From IMG/VR virus record IMGVR_UViG_3300025250_000043, positions 5,115-69,114 of that record: a stretch of DNA of 64,000 bases. The stretch is one strand, 5' to 3'. Origin of the DNA: a virus (Duplodnaviria > Caudoviricetes). The notes beneath the pieces are model-generated. The model was not told the DNA's origin and did no database searches. It saw nothing but the letters and a program-made list of their open reading frames with translations. Shown here piece after piece: positions 9,587 through 17,766 of the stretch. How positions within the stretch are numbered: the stretch's first letter is position 1; every line of letters begins with the position of its first letter. The position numbers and the translations under genes are program-made.

Positions 9587-10446
9587 TACCGATCGCGCCC
9601 TTTGAACGTGAGCATCACGTTTCCGATCTTCACCGCGGAATGGTCGTCGACCACTATGTCGTCGACCGGCGAGGCGATGGAAACCTTTTGAACGCCCGGT
9701 TGATGCAGCTTTGCGGCCAGCCAAGACCGCGTGACGTTGAAGCCGAGGCCGCCTTCAGCCGCGAGCGCGGCGCGCAAGGTCGCCTCCAGATTGTCGAAGA
9801 CCGTGATTGGCGCGCCAGGCAGAAGCCAGACATCGGCGATGACGTTGGCCGTGGCGCTGGTCGCCGAAACGACCGTGACCCGATCGGAGATAACCCGAAC
9901 GCTGTTTTTCTGAACCTCCGCATTTACCGCTGCGAGCAAGGCCGCGTCGGGCTCGCCGAAGTTGTCGGTCGCCAGGACAGCGATGCGGAGGTCGGGGCCA
10001 CTCCCTACGCGATAGATCGACACGTCTTTGACCCGAATGTCGGCGCGTAGCGCGGCCGAGCGATACCAGTCGGCCCCGCCCGCCGGAGAACGGCCGGCGA
10101 TCGCGATGATTACCCGTTTGCGGAGGGCGTCGTCACTCTCGCCGGACAGCCGGCGCACGTCATAGAACGCGGCCAGGTGATCGAGATCGGTTCCGCCGGA
10201 GAAGGCGACAAGGTTCGCCTTGGCGGCATCGTTCACGCGCGCGCGGAGAAAGACCTCGCGGTAAGCGGCGACCTCCAGCACGATCTTGACCGGGTCTGTT
10301 TCCAGGCCGCCCACGTCGTAAGCGATGCCGGCGGCGGCGAAGCGTGCATTGGCGTCCGTCATGAGCGACGCAAGGATCGCCTCATAGTCGATTTCTTCGA
10401 TGATCGCCGGCTTTCCGAGCAGGGCAATTTCGGCTTGCGTGATCAT
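9586..10446 (-). CDS. Baseplate assembly protein J
   Basis: IIEEIDYEAIL...SGGTDLDHLAAFYDVRRL...AGRSPAGG. Confidence 0.93.
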   Translation of the reverse strand: MITQAEIALLGKPAIIEEIDYEAILASLMTDANARFAAAGIAYDVGGLETDPVKIVLEVAAYREVFLRARVNDAAKANLVAFSGGTDLDHLAAFYDVRRLSGESDDALRKRVIIAIAGRSPAGGADWYRSAALRADIRVKDVSIYRVGSGPDLRIAVLATDNFGEPDAALLAAVNAEVQKNSVRVISDRVTVVSATSATANVIADVWLLPGAPITVFDNLEATLRAALAAEGGLGFNVTRSWLAAKLHQPGVQKVSIASPVDDIVVDDHSAVKIGNVMLTFKGRDR

Positions 10447-10458
10447 GATAGGACCGCC

Positions 10459-10824
10459 TTACAATGTGATTTCAGCGAGCCGCGCGGAGGCTTCCGAGAA
10501 GTCGCCCAGGTGCCCGCGCGGATAGTAGGTTCCGGTGAGGCGGAAGATGATGCCGCCGTCCGCTCCGGCCTTCTCGACGTTGACAGTCTCCAGCCGGTAG
10601 CGCGGTTCCCATTTCGCGATGGCGTCCGCACACGCGGAGAAGACCGCGAGCAAGACACGGTCATTCATCGGCGCATCGATCAGGGCCATAATTCTCGAGC
10701 CGAAGTCGCGACGCATTACGCGCGTGCCGACCATCGTCGTGAGAACGACCTCGATCGATTGCTTGACGTGCTCCCATCCCGTCAAGATGCCGCCCCCATG
10801 GCGGTCGACGCCAAGGCTACTCAT
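10459..10824 (-). CDS. Baseplate wedge protein W (gp25-like)
   Basis: HVKQSIEVVLTTMVGTRVMRRDFGS...AIAKWEPR. Confidence 0.93.
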   Translation of the reverse strand: MSSLGVDRHGGGILTGWEHVKQSIEVVLTTMVGTRVMRRDFGSRIMALIDAPMNDRVLLAVFSACADAIAKWEPRYRLETVNVEKAGADGGIIFRLTGTYYPRGHLGDFSEASARLAEITL

Positions 10825-11002
10825 CGGCCGCCGCCTCGCGCTGCCGACGCCTGGCGGGCTTCTTTACCTCGACCAGCGTCAGCCGGTCGCCGTAGGGCGC
10901 GGCAAGGTATTTCGCCTCGCGCTCGCTCATGTCGATTTCCTCGCCAGCAACGCGCCAGTTCATGTTGAGGAAGCCGGTGTGATTGACCTTATAGCTAGGC
11001 AT
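10817..11002 (-). CDS. Small hypothetical protein
   Basis: MPSYKVNHTGFLNMNWRVAGEEIDMSEREAKYL; GGAG RBS; overlaps gpW start. Confidence 0.65.
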   Translation of the reverse strand: MPSYKVNHTGFLNMNWRVAGEEIDMSEREAKYLAAPYGDRLTLVEVKKPARRRQREAAADE

Positions 11003-11012
11003 GTGAGCTCCC

Positions 11013-11573
11013 TTAGACTGGAACGTTTGTCGTCGCCCCGCCGGGCTCGACGCCGCTGTGAATGTGCGTGTCGCCGACTTCCTTGGCATTGTGCTTCAGG
11101 CTGGCGCCCTCGACATGCAGCTTGCTTTTCATCGTGGTTTGTGTGGCCGCGATGTCGAAGTCTGTGCATGTGATTGTGAGCTTGCCGCCCGAGACGGAGA
11201 CGCGAACGCCGCCGTTGTCGATCAGCACGAATTCATCGCCGGCCTTTGACGGCCGGGGATTTTTGTTAGAAGGGATCGATTGCTCAATCACCCCGTCGGC
11301 CAGGTCGCCCGTCTCACTGGAGATCGTGACTTGCTGGCCGATCGAGGGCGGGAAATGCGTCTTGCCGAGGCCGGCCGCTTGCTCCGCCCACGGAACCCAC
11401 GGTGAGAGGAAAGGCTTGCCGCCATAACCTTTCGCCATGAGCTCGACCCGCGCCAGACCCTTCGCCGGATCGACTTGCGCGATCTTGCCCGTCCTTTTGG
11501 AGGCACGATCGCGCCGTTCCAGATCCTTTATGCGATTGGCGAGGCCGAGGATGATGTCTTCCATCGTCGTCAT
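11013..11573 (-). CDS. Baseplate spike protein V
   Basis: GKIAQVDPAKGLARV...PWVPWAEQAAG...PPSIGQQV; C-terminal HIHSGVEPGG. Confidence 0.92.
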   Translation of the reverse strand: MTTMEDIILGLANRIKDLERRDRASKRTGKIAQVDPAKGLARVELMAKGYGGKPFLSPWVPWAEQAAGLGKTHFPPSIGQQVTISSETGDLADGVIEQSIPSNKNPRPSKAGDEFVLIDNGGVRVSVSGGKLTITCTDFDIAATQTTMKSKLHVEGASLKHNAKEVGDTHIHSGVEPGGATTNVPV

Positions 11574-11585
11574 TCGCCTTGCCTT

Positions 11586-12113
11586 TCATAGCCCATCTAC
11601 CGTAGGCGCGGCCGGCTGATAGCCGCCGTTCTGAACGTCAGGGGACGGCGGCGGGACATAGCTCGCGGTGCCGAGTATGATTGCTTGCTCCCAACCGACG
11701 CCCCACACAGAGAGGCCGCGTGCCAGCGTCTTTTCGGAGTTGTAATTGAGGATCGAGATTTGATCGGGGTCCGTCCTTGCGGTCGGCCCCTCTTCCGCAT
11801 GGAAGCGGTTCTCATGGATGACCACGACCAGGCTTTCCGCGATTTCGGCGGCCGTTGTGTCGACGCCCTTGCCGCGATCTTCAGCGATCACCGCCACGGC
11901 GACCGCGACGGCAAGCTTCAGGCGGCCGTCGGAAAGCTTCGTGGCGATGCCGTTGCCAGTGACGGAGACGAGGGCGCCGGGCGTTTTGATCCCGATGCGG
12001 CCCTTCTCGCCCTCGTCGAATTCGTTCGCATACTTGCGGACTTCCTTCAGGGCCGGGACGCGGGTCTTGATCTCTTCGACGATCGCATCCCAAAACGTGA
12101 CGATATTGCTCAT
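11586..12113 (-). CDS. Tail completion/terminator protein (Mu gp37-like)
   Basis: MSNIVTFWDAIVEEIKTRVPALKEV...LSVWGVGWEQ; position after morphogenesis gene. Confidence 0.65.
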   Translation of the reverse strand: MSNIVTFWDAIVEEIKTRVPALKEVRKYANEFDEGEKGRIGIKTPGALVSVTGNGIATKLSDGRLKLAVAVAVAVIAEDRGKGVDTTAAEIAESLVVVIHENRFHAEEGPTARTDPDQISILNYNSEKTLARGLSVWGVGWEQAIILGTASYVPPPSPDVQNGGYQPAAPTVDGL

Positions 12114-12538
12114 CCGACCACCGCCTTCAGGAAATTGACAAGCGTCGTCTCGATCTCGGCGAGGTTCGCTTGCGACGCGCCGAGCCAGGGACGGGCGACC
12201 ATCTTCGTTGTGCCGAATTGGTGATACTTGCCATAGGGCACGCCAGAGCCGACCGTGACGCTGTCGCCGGCAACGAAGTTGGCGATCGAGCCCATGAGGC
12301 GGCCGGTGCGGACAAGCAAGCCGCGACCCTTCTGCGACTTGCCTCGCGCATAGGAGCCCGACCAGGGAGCCCAAGGCACGCCATCGGGCGAAACCTTCTC
12401 GCCGAACCGGCGCTTGGTCTGGCGCTCCGCGATGCCGCCCACAGCGCGCAGCAGGCGGTTCCGGAAGGAAGCTTGCGCAAGCGCGTTCATGACCTTGTCG
12501 GCATCCGACGTGTCGAAGGAAATGACGACTTCAGGCAC
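12110..12538 (-). CDS. Virion morphogenesis protein (Mu gpG/P2 gpS-like)
   Basis: SPDGVPWAPWS...LLVRTGRLMGSI...YHQFGT..MVARPWLG. Confidence 0.9.
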   Translation of the reverse strand: MPEVVISFDTSDADKVMNALAQASFRNRLLRAVGGIAERQTKRRFGEKVSPDGVPWAPWSGSYARGKSQKGRGLLVRTGRLMGSIANFVAGDSVTVGSGVPYGKYHQFGTTKMVARPWLGASQANLAEIETTLVNFLKAVVG

Positions 12539-12942
12539 TAGCCGCGCTCCCAGGTATAGAAGCCAGTCGCGAAGTCGGGGCCGGTCTGCTCTTCCTGCTC
12601 GACCGGGACGCCGATCGTCGCCTTGCCGGCCGCGATCTTCGTCAAGAGCGACACCGCGTCTTCATAGCGCGTGCGATGCTCGTCGGTGCGCGGCCCCGCC
12701 TTCAGGGCGAGCCGGTAAAGCGCGATGTCGACGCAAAGCCGCTTCAGGACGGGCGTCGCGGCGGAGATCGGCAGCGGATATTTCGCGCCGACGTAGCTGT
12801 CAATTTCAGCCGAGGCATTCGCTAGACCTTCGGCGACGCCGGTTTCATCAAGCTGGCCGGGATTGTCTTCGTCTTCAGCGACGCGCAAGAGCTCGTCGGC
12901 TCCGTAGAGCTTGGCGATGTCTTCCTTCGTGGCGTAGGGCAT
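12538..12942 (-). CDS. Head-tail connector (Mu gp36/DUF1320-like)
   Basis: MPYATKEDIAKLYG...ASAEIDSYVGAKYPLP...DIALYRL...RYEDAVSLL. Confidence 0.9.
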   Translation of the reverse strand: MPYATKEDIAKLYGADELLRVAEDEDNPGQLDETGVAEGLANASAEIDSYVGAKYPLPISAATPVLKRLCVDIALYRLALKAGPRTDEHRTRYEDAVSLLTKIAAGKATIGVPVEQEEQTGPDFATGFYTWERG

Positions 12943-12960
12943 GGCATCACCTTTGGAAAT

Positions 12961-13037
12961 TGGTTGCGGGAGCGGGATTTGAACCCGCGCGCTCCGGAGC
13001 ATGAACCCGGCGGGCTACCAGACTGCCCCATCCCGCG
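12961..13037 (-). tRNA. tRNA-Met(CAT), initiator (fMet) type, with variant anticodon arm
   Basis: CGCGGGA TG GGGC AGTCTGGTA GCCC G CCGGG TTCATGC TCCGG AGCGC GCGGG TTCAAAT CCCGC TCCCGCA A CCA; 77 nt, C1:A72 mismatch, encoded CCA. Confidence 0.92.
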
Positions 13038-13051
13038 TTGAAGGCCCTCGA

Positions 13052-13483
13052 TCAGAGGGCCAGGTAACAGACCTCTCCGCCGGTCCAGGCGTCGCACTCG
13101 ATCGCGACCTCGATCGCGCGTCGCGCGTCAGCGCCCATGACCATTGCGGCGTAGGCGTAAGCCTCGCCGGAGCCTGTTGAGTAGAAGTCGGCCCGCAAAG
13201 GGCCGGTGAAACATGGTCCGCCGTTGTAATACCAGACAGAGCCGTCCGGCTTGACCAGCAACGCCTTGACATCAAACGTCTCGGCGAAGTCTTGCTCGAC
13301 GCCGACCGCTTCAACGGCGCGGCGGAAGCTATCGGGGAGCCCGACGGTGCTCGACGACACGCCGAGAAGCGAGCCATCCTCCAAGCGACGAAGCTTTGAC
13401 TTCGTCCCTGTCGGATGCTTGTCGCCCGCATAGGCGCGGCTGTCGGCCGCCATGACGCCCGCGCGATACGCGATTGTCGTCAT
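13052..13483 (-). CDS. Proteasome-beta/HslV-like Ntn-hydrolase (threonine peptidase fold)
   Basis: N-terminus M-TTIAY..GVMAADSR..., Lys near position 28-30, internal TGSG..YA motif. Confidence 0.7.
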   Translation of the reverse strand: MTTIAYRAGVMAADSRAYAGDKHPTGTKSKLRRLEDGSLLGVSSSTVGLPDSFRRAVEAVGVEQDFAETFDVKALLVKPDGSVWYYNGGPCFTGPLRADFYSTGSGEAYAYAAMVMGADARRAIEVAIECDAWTGGEVCYLAL

Positions 13484-13492
13484 GGCCTATTT

Positions 13493-13819
13493 TCAGGCCA
13501 CCTTAGCGATTTCGGCCTGAAGGATCGGAAGGATTTCTTCCTTCGTCTTGGCCTCGCCGAGCTCGATCTTGAATTCGGCCGCGACAGCCTTCAGTTCGGC
13601 GGCGCTCATGGCCGCGAAGTCCGGCGGTTCGGCCGACTTCTGTTCTTTCGGCTCTTTCGAAGCCTTCGGTTCCTTGCCGGCCTTCGGTTCCTTCGGCTCT
13701 TTCGGTTCCTTGGTGGGAGCCTTGGCCTCATAGCCGTTGCCGGTAGCCTTTTCGTGGCCCTTGGAGCCGACTTCGACGAGGATTTCGGCCTGGCCGTTGG
13801 TGAGTGTGATCAGCTTCAT
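13493..13819 (-). CDS. Head-associated protein with KEP repeats and C-terminal HeH/Rho-N-like helix pair
   Basis: KEPKEPKEPKAGKEPK linker; DFAAMSAAELKAVAAEFKIELGEAKTKEEIL. Confidence 0.65.
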   Translation of the reverse strand: MKLITLTNGQAEILVEVGSKGHEKATGNGYEAKAPTKEPKEPKEPKAGKEPKASKEPKEQKSAEPPDFAAMSAAELKAVAAEFKIELGEAKTKEEILPILQAEIAKVA

Positions 13820-13837
13820 TTTGCTCTCTCCGGGTGC

Positions 13838-13868
13838 AAAAAAAGAAAGGGCGAGGTTTCCCTCGCCC
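13838..13868 (-). terminator. Intrinsic terminator after major capsid gene
   Basis: Minus strand GGGCGAGG-GAAA-CCTCGCCC-TTTCTTTTTTT. Confidence 0.8.
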
Positions 13869-13885
13869 CTTCCTATCGGTTGATG

Positions 13886-15031
13886 TTAGCCGTGATGTCG
13901 GACGGCCAGGGCGTCACGGATTTTCTTGGTGCCGAACAGGATGTCGAAGCGCCAGATGCGGCTCGACTTGCCCGGATCGCGCCAGGTTTCCAGACGGAGC
14001 GGGATGCCCGTGACCGGATCGGTCGCAACCGAAATGGTCGAGCTCTCGCTCTCTTCGTCCGCCAGCGTGCGGGCCGCCCACATGAAGGCGTTCTTCTGGA
14101 ACGCCAGGTTCACGGTGTAGGGCAGACCGGCGGTGCCTTCGAAGGTAACGGCCGCGTTGTCGGCGGCGGCGCCCTTCAGGGCCGGCAGGAACTTCACCTG
14201 TGCGAACGCGCCAGCAACGGCCGCGACGTTCTCGGTCACGACATACTGGCCCTCGACGTTCGCGACGGTGAACACGTCACCGACAACCAGGGTCCGCGTG
14301 CCAGTCGAGCCGTCGATCGCCATCGACGTTGCACCGGCAGCAGCAGCGCCGTTCACGGCCAGGCTGTCATCGACGGCCGTACCGGGAGTGTGCTTCGGAA
14401 CCATCTGGTCCGAATAGTTGTCGAAGCCGTAAATGCGGCCGAGGGAAGCCTCGCGAAGGGCGGCGGTCGAGCCGGTCTTGTCGAAGCCCTTCATGCCCTT
14501 CAGGAAGTTCTTCTCGGCCTTGCTGTCGAACACCGCGCGGCGTTCGGCGGTGCCCGCAAGCTGAAGGTTCAGCGCCTCGCGGCTGTCGAGAAGAGCGTCT
14601 TCGTTCGCGGGAGTGGTGTTAGCCCCGCCGACGAAGTTCGGGACGGTCTTATACAGCGCGAACAGGTTGCGGTTGACGGAATTCGCCAGCGCCTTCACCG
14701 CGCTCTCGGCGGCCGAGGGCAGAATGCCGCCGGTCAGGCTCTCGCGCATTTCCTTGTCGGACATGCCGAAAGCCTTGTACTTCCACTGGTCGAGCACGAT
14801 GTCGACCGTACCGGAACCGAGATCGGTCTTCGTGGTGCCGGTGTTCGGGTCGAAGTCGTCGGCCTCACCCAAATCCTGCGGCAGCGGGACCGAGATCGTG
14901 GCGGCCTTCTTGGCGGCTTCCGCCGAGTAATCAGACGCGACCAGGGCCGGCATGACGCAAGCCTCGCGCAGCACCGGGAGGGCCGCCGGGAGGATCAGGT
15001 CGTCCATGAGTTTCTTGAGATCGTTTGCCAT
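13886..15031 (-). CDS. Major capsid protein (P22 coat/gp5-like family)
   Basis: 382 aa, ATISVPLP, LREASLGRIYGFD, WRFDILFGTKKIR; follows scaffold. Confidence 0.88.
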   Translation of the reverse strand: MANDLKKLMDDLILPAALPVLREACVMPALVASDYSAEAAKKAATISVPLPQDLGEADDFDPNTGTTKTDLGSGTVDIVLDQWKYKAFGMSDKEMRESLTGGILPSAAESAVKALANSVNRNLFALYKTVPNFVGGANTTPANEDALLDSREALNLQLAGTAERRAVFDSKAEKNFLKGMKGFDKTGSTAALREASLGRIYGFDNYSDQMVPKHTPGTAVDDSLAVNGAAAAGATSMAIDGSTGTRTLVVGDVFTVANVEGQYVVTENVAAVAGAFAQVKFLPALKGAAADNAAVTFEGTAGLPYTVNLAFQKNAFMWAARTLADEESESSTISVATDPVTGIPLRLETWRDPGKSSRIWRFDILFGTKKIRDALAVRHHG

Positions 15032-15087
15032 TTCCATTCCTTCAAAGTTTGGACAAGCCGGCCCTCAAATGCGAAAGTCGCCGGGAG

Positions 15088-15918
15088 TTACCCGACGACT
15101 TCGATCTGGCCCGACATGTAATCGGAGGTCAGTTTCCGCTTGGTCGCCTCATCGGCGGCACCGAGCTTTGCAGTCCATTCAGCGCGGGTGTACTTGCCCG
15201 CCGCCCCGCCGCCGTTCTTGTTGTCCGGCGGCACGCCGCCGCCGCCCTTCGCCTGGCTTTCAAAGGCCACGGCAAAGCGCTTGTCGGCACGCATTTCGAC
15301 GACAAGGTCATCCACCGACATCATTTCGCCCTTGGCGTTCTTGATGCGGGGATTTCCGTTCGCGTCGATGACCTCGACTCCGAATTTGCCATCCTTCTCA
15401 GTCAGGCGAAGACGGTCGGTCACGACACGCTGAAGCAATTCCGGGTTGCCCTTGTGCGCGGAGAGCGCGGTCAGGGCGGCGTTGTCGACCAACACGCGAC
15501 GAATTTCGCCGGTCAGGGCGCCCTCGCGTTCGGTCCACTTTTTCTTGTCGGTTTCGACTTCGGCGAGGATTTGCGCCTTGATCGCGTCGACCTTCTCGCT
15601 CGCGATACGGTCGGCCTCGACAGCAGGGTCGAGATTGCCGATCTTCGCCAGCTTGGCGATCGCTTCCTTGGCGGCCTTGGCGTCCAGACCTTCGAAGCCC
15701 TTCAGCTTGCCGTTGGTCTGCTTGTGCGCCTCGCGCTCACCGGAGAGCGCCGACTTCAGGCTCTCGACATTGTCGAGCGCAAAGCCGTGACTGCCTTCCA
15801 CATCCAGGCGGAACTTGCCGGCCAGGTCGCCAGAGTCGTCGCCCTCGATCTTCGTGTAAAATCCTCGCGCCGTTTCGGGGACAGCCGAAACGTCGTCAAT
15901 AATTGCCTTCAGTGCCAT
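15088..15918 (-). CDS. Capsid scaffolding protein
   Basis: MALKAII...FRLDVEG...LKSALSGERE; coiled coil; C-terminal GGG motif; precedes capsid. Confidence 0.8.
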   Translation of the reverse strand: MALKAIIDDVSAVPETARGFYTKIEGDDSGDLAGKFRLDVEGSHGFALDNVESLKSALSGEREAHKQTNGKLKGFEGLDAKAAKEAIAKLAKIGNLDPAVEADRIASEKVDAIKAQILAEVETDKKKWTEREGALTGEIRRVLVDNAALTALSAHKGNPELLQRVVTDRLRLTEKDGKFGVEVIDANGNPRIKNAKGEMMSVDDLVVEMRADKRFAVAFESQAKGGGGVPPDNKNGGGAAGKYTRAEWTAKLGAADEATKRKLTSDYMSGQIEVVG

Positions 15919-16115
15919 CTTGTTCTTCCGGGGTTGCGAGGCATCCCGCCTCTAAGGATCGCTTGGCATCCCGCCGCGCTTCTGCAAAAGCCGGTCGTTC
16001 GATCAGGCGAGCGTCACGCTGGCCCAAAACGAAAAAGGCCCGACCGCGTGCGATCGAGCCTTTGAACGGATTTTGTCCCTTGCATTAAAGGCATATATGA
16101 GCCGGCCAGGCTCGT

Positions 16116-16133
16116 CAACAATTTATTTTGTCA
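16116..16133. promoter_or_regulatory. 18-bp palindromic operator upstream of scaffold/capsid block
   Basis: CAACAA-TTTATT-TTGTCA. Confidence 0.7.
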
Positions 16134-16404
16134 AAGGACAATCTTTAATGTGGAAATGCGGCTTCTCGCAACGCCGGCAACACCAGAACATCGCGCCGCC
16201 GACGAGCTCGCCGTCGATGACGTGGCCGCCAATTCGGACCTCGATCAGGGAGCCGTAAGGGTAGCCGACCGCGACCGAACACGGCACGCATTCGAACTTT
16301 TCAATGACGATGTCTTTGGAGCCTTGCCGAATGACCCGCGCCTTTGGCTTGGCGCTGGAGCCTCCGCCCTCAATCAAACGAAGGCGTCTAGGGTTCTCTG
16401 GCAA
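16123..16404 (-). CDS. Small zinc-finger-like protein
   Basis: TTG start with GGAGG RBS; CVPC...CRRC pairs. Confidence 0.55.
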   Translation of the reverse strand: MPENPRRLRLIEGGGSSAKPKARVIRQGSKDIVIEKFECVPCSVAVGYPYGSLIEVRIGGHVIDGELVGGAMFWCCRRCEKPHFHIKDCPLTK

Positions 16405-16561
16405 ATGCGACCTCCAGAAAAGGAAATGGGCAGACCCGAAAGCCTGCCCACGTTTCCTACCACAGAAACGGCCAGCGCTCCGGTTTGGGCCTTCGTGCTG
16501 ACTTGGCGAACCTACGCCGCGCCCTACCCGAATTCAACCGTAAATCGCCCGGTTTGCAACT

Positions 16562-16627
16562 TGACAAAAAAATTTGTTGAAGCGCCACCGCGACAAGTTT
16601 ATATGTCAGCCCTCACCTACCACGGAG
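16562..16627 (+). promoter_or_regulatory. Promoter of ADP-ribosylglycohydrolase: two 18-bp operators, -35/-10, CCTACCAC, SD
   Basis: TGACAA-AAAAAT-TTGTTG (16562), CGACAA-GTTTAT-ATGTCA (16591), TTGAAG-N17-TATATG, CCTACCAC-GGAG (16616). Confidence 0.7.
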
Positions 16628-16636
16628 AAGCGACAC

Positions 16637-17542
16637 ATGATGAACGTACAACAGGCCGTCGGCAGCTTTATCGGGCTCGCGGTCGGCGATGCTCTCGGCG
16701 CAACACTCGAATTCGGCCCGCGCCTGCATCACAACCCGCACACCGAAATGATCGGCAAAGGTCCGTTTGGCCTAAAACCAGGCCAGTACACCGACGATAC
16801 CGCGATGGCTATCGCGCTCTCCCACGGCATCCTCAATTCCGGCAAGGTCTTCAACCCGTTTGAAGCCGCGATGGAATTCGCAAGCTGGTATGCTCGCGGC
16901 AAATACTCGTCGAATGGGCGATGCTTCGACATCGGCAACCAGACGCGCAAGGCGCTCGATCGCTTCATCGACACTAAGACGGCAATCGCCTCTGAAGACG
17001 AAGAGGCGCGAGGCAACGGCGCGATGATGCGGCTTGCTCCCGTCCCGATCGCCTATTGGCAGTCGCCGGAGACGGCGGCCCATGTCGCGGACCTTCAGGC
17101 GCGCATCACCCACAATAGCCAATACAACGCCGCCGCGTGCCGCTGGCTTGCGTATCGCCTGGCGAAGCAATTCTCGTCGTCGCGAAGCCTTTTCCATGAG
17201 ATCGACGGCGACGGCGAGGAATTGCTCGCCGGCAACATGGAGCTCATTGCCTGCGTCCGCGAGCGGTGGAAGGTGCTACCGCCCTCGTCGGTGATCTCGG
17301 ATGGCCATGTAATGCACACTCTTGGCGCGGCGCTTTGGTCAGTCCAGAACACAAGCACCTTTGAGGCGGCCGTCGTGACGGCTGTAAACCTGGGCGGGGA
17401 CGCCGACACCGTCGGCGCGGTCACTGGCATGATTGCCGGCGCGGTCTATGGCGTGGACGCCATCCCCGAGCGCTGGAGCCGGGTTCTCGTTCACCGCGAC
17501 CCGATCAAGAGCCTGGCGCAACGGCTCACGCAACTGAATTGA
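16637..17542 (+). CDS. ADP-ribosylglycohydrolase (ARH/DraG family)
   Basis: GLAVGDALGATLEF, YTDDTAM, GNGAMMRLAP, THN, GGDADTVGAVTGMIAG all present. Confidence 0.95.
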   Translation: MMNVQQAVGSFIGLAVGDALGATLEFGPRLHHNPHTEMIGKGPFGLKPGQYTDDTAMAIALSHGILNSGKVFNPFEAAMEFASWYARGKYSSNGRCFDIGNQTRKALDRFIDTKTAIASEDEEARGNGAMMRLAPVPIAYWQSPETAAHVADLQARITHNSQYNAAACRWLAYRLAKQFSSSRSLFHEIDGDGEELLAGNMELIACVRERWKVLPPSSVISDGHVMHTLGAALWSVQNTSTFEAAVVTAVNLGGDADTVGAVTGMIAGAVYGVDAIPERWSRVLVHRDPIKSLAQRLTQLN

Positions 17543-17547
17543 CGAAG

Positions 17548-17573
17548 AGGCCGGTTTCAACCGGCCTTTTTTT
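17548..17573 (+). terminator. Intrinsic terminator after ARH, overlapping stop of convergent ORF
   Basis: AGGCCGGT-TTCA-ACCGGCCT-TTTTTT. Confidence 0.8.
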
Positions 17574-17766
17574 CTTCCTCGTCGAGCTCCGCCAGGCGCT
17601 TCACCGCCGCCGCGACGGCCTCCGGATCATCGTTCGCCTCTATGATGTCCTCACAGATGAACCGTTCATTGGCCCGCTTTTTCGCGAGCTTGGCCTTGAC
17701 CGCCTCGTCGGTATTCAGGACTTCGTAGGGGCCGCCGAACTTGTCGGCGTTGATGGGCGTCTTCAT
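17557..17766 (-). CDS. Small acidic protein coupled to MuF-ART (candidate immunity/partner)
   Basis: 69 aa; ATG overlaps MuF-ART stop (ATGA). Confidence 0.7.
   Translation of the reverse strand: MKTPINADKFGGPYEVLNTDEAVKAKLAKKRANERFICEDIIEANDDPEAVAAAVKRLAELDEEEKKAG

Noticed and set aside
13620-13730. KEP-coding tandem repeats as a regulatory repeat
   Set aside because: Explained by a low-complexity protein linker
13415-15121. Long antisense ORFs (13415-15121, 15025-16065, 24307-25809, 47249-48235, 62933-63850 and similar)
   Set aside because: Shadow frames of well-supported genes in GC-rich DNA; no motifs or RBS
16637-17542. Nitrogenase-regulating DraG
   Set aside because: No draT or nif context; the neighbouring MuF-ART is a more parsimonious partner
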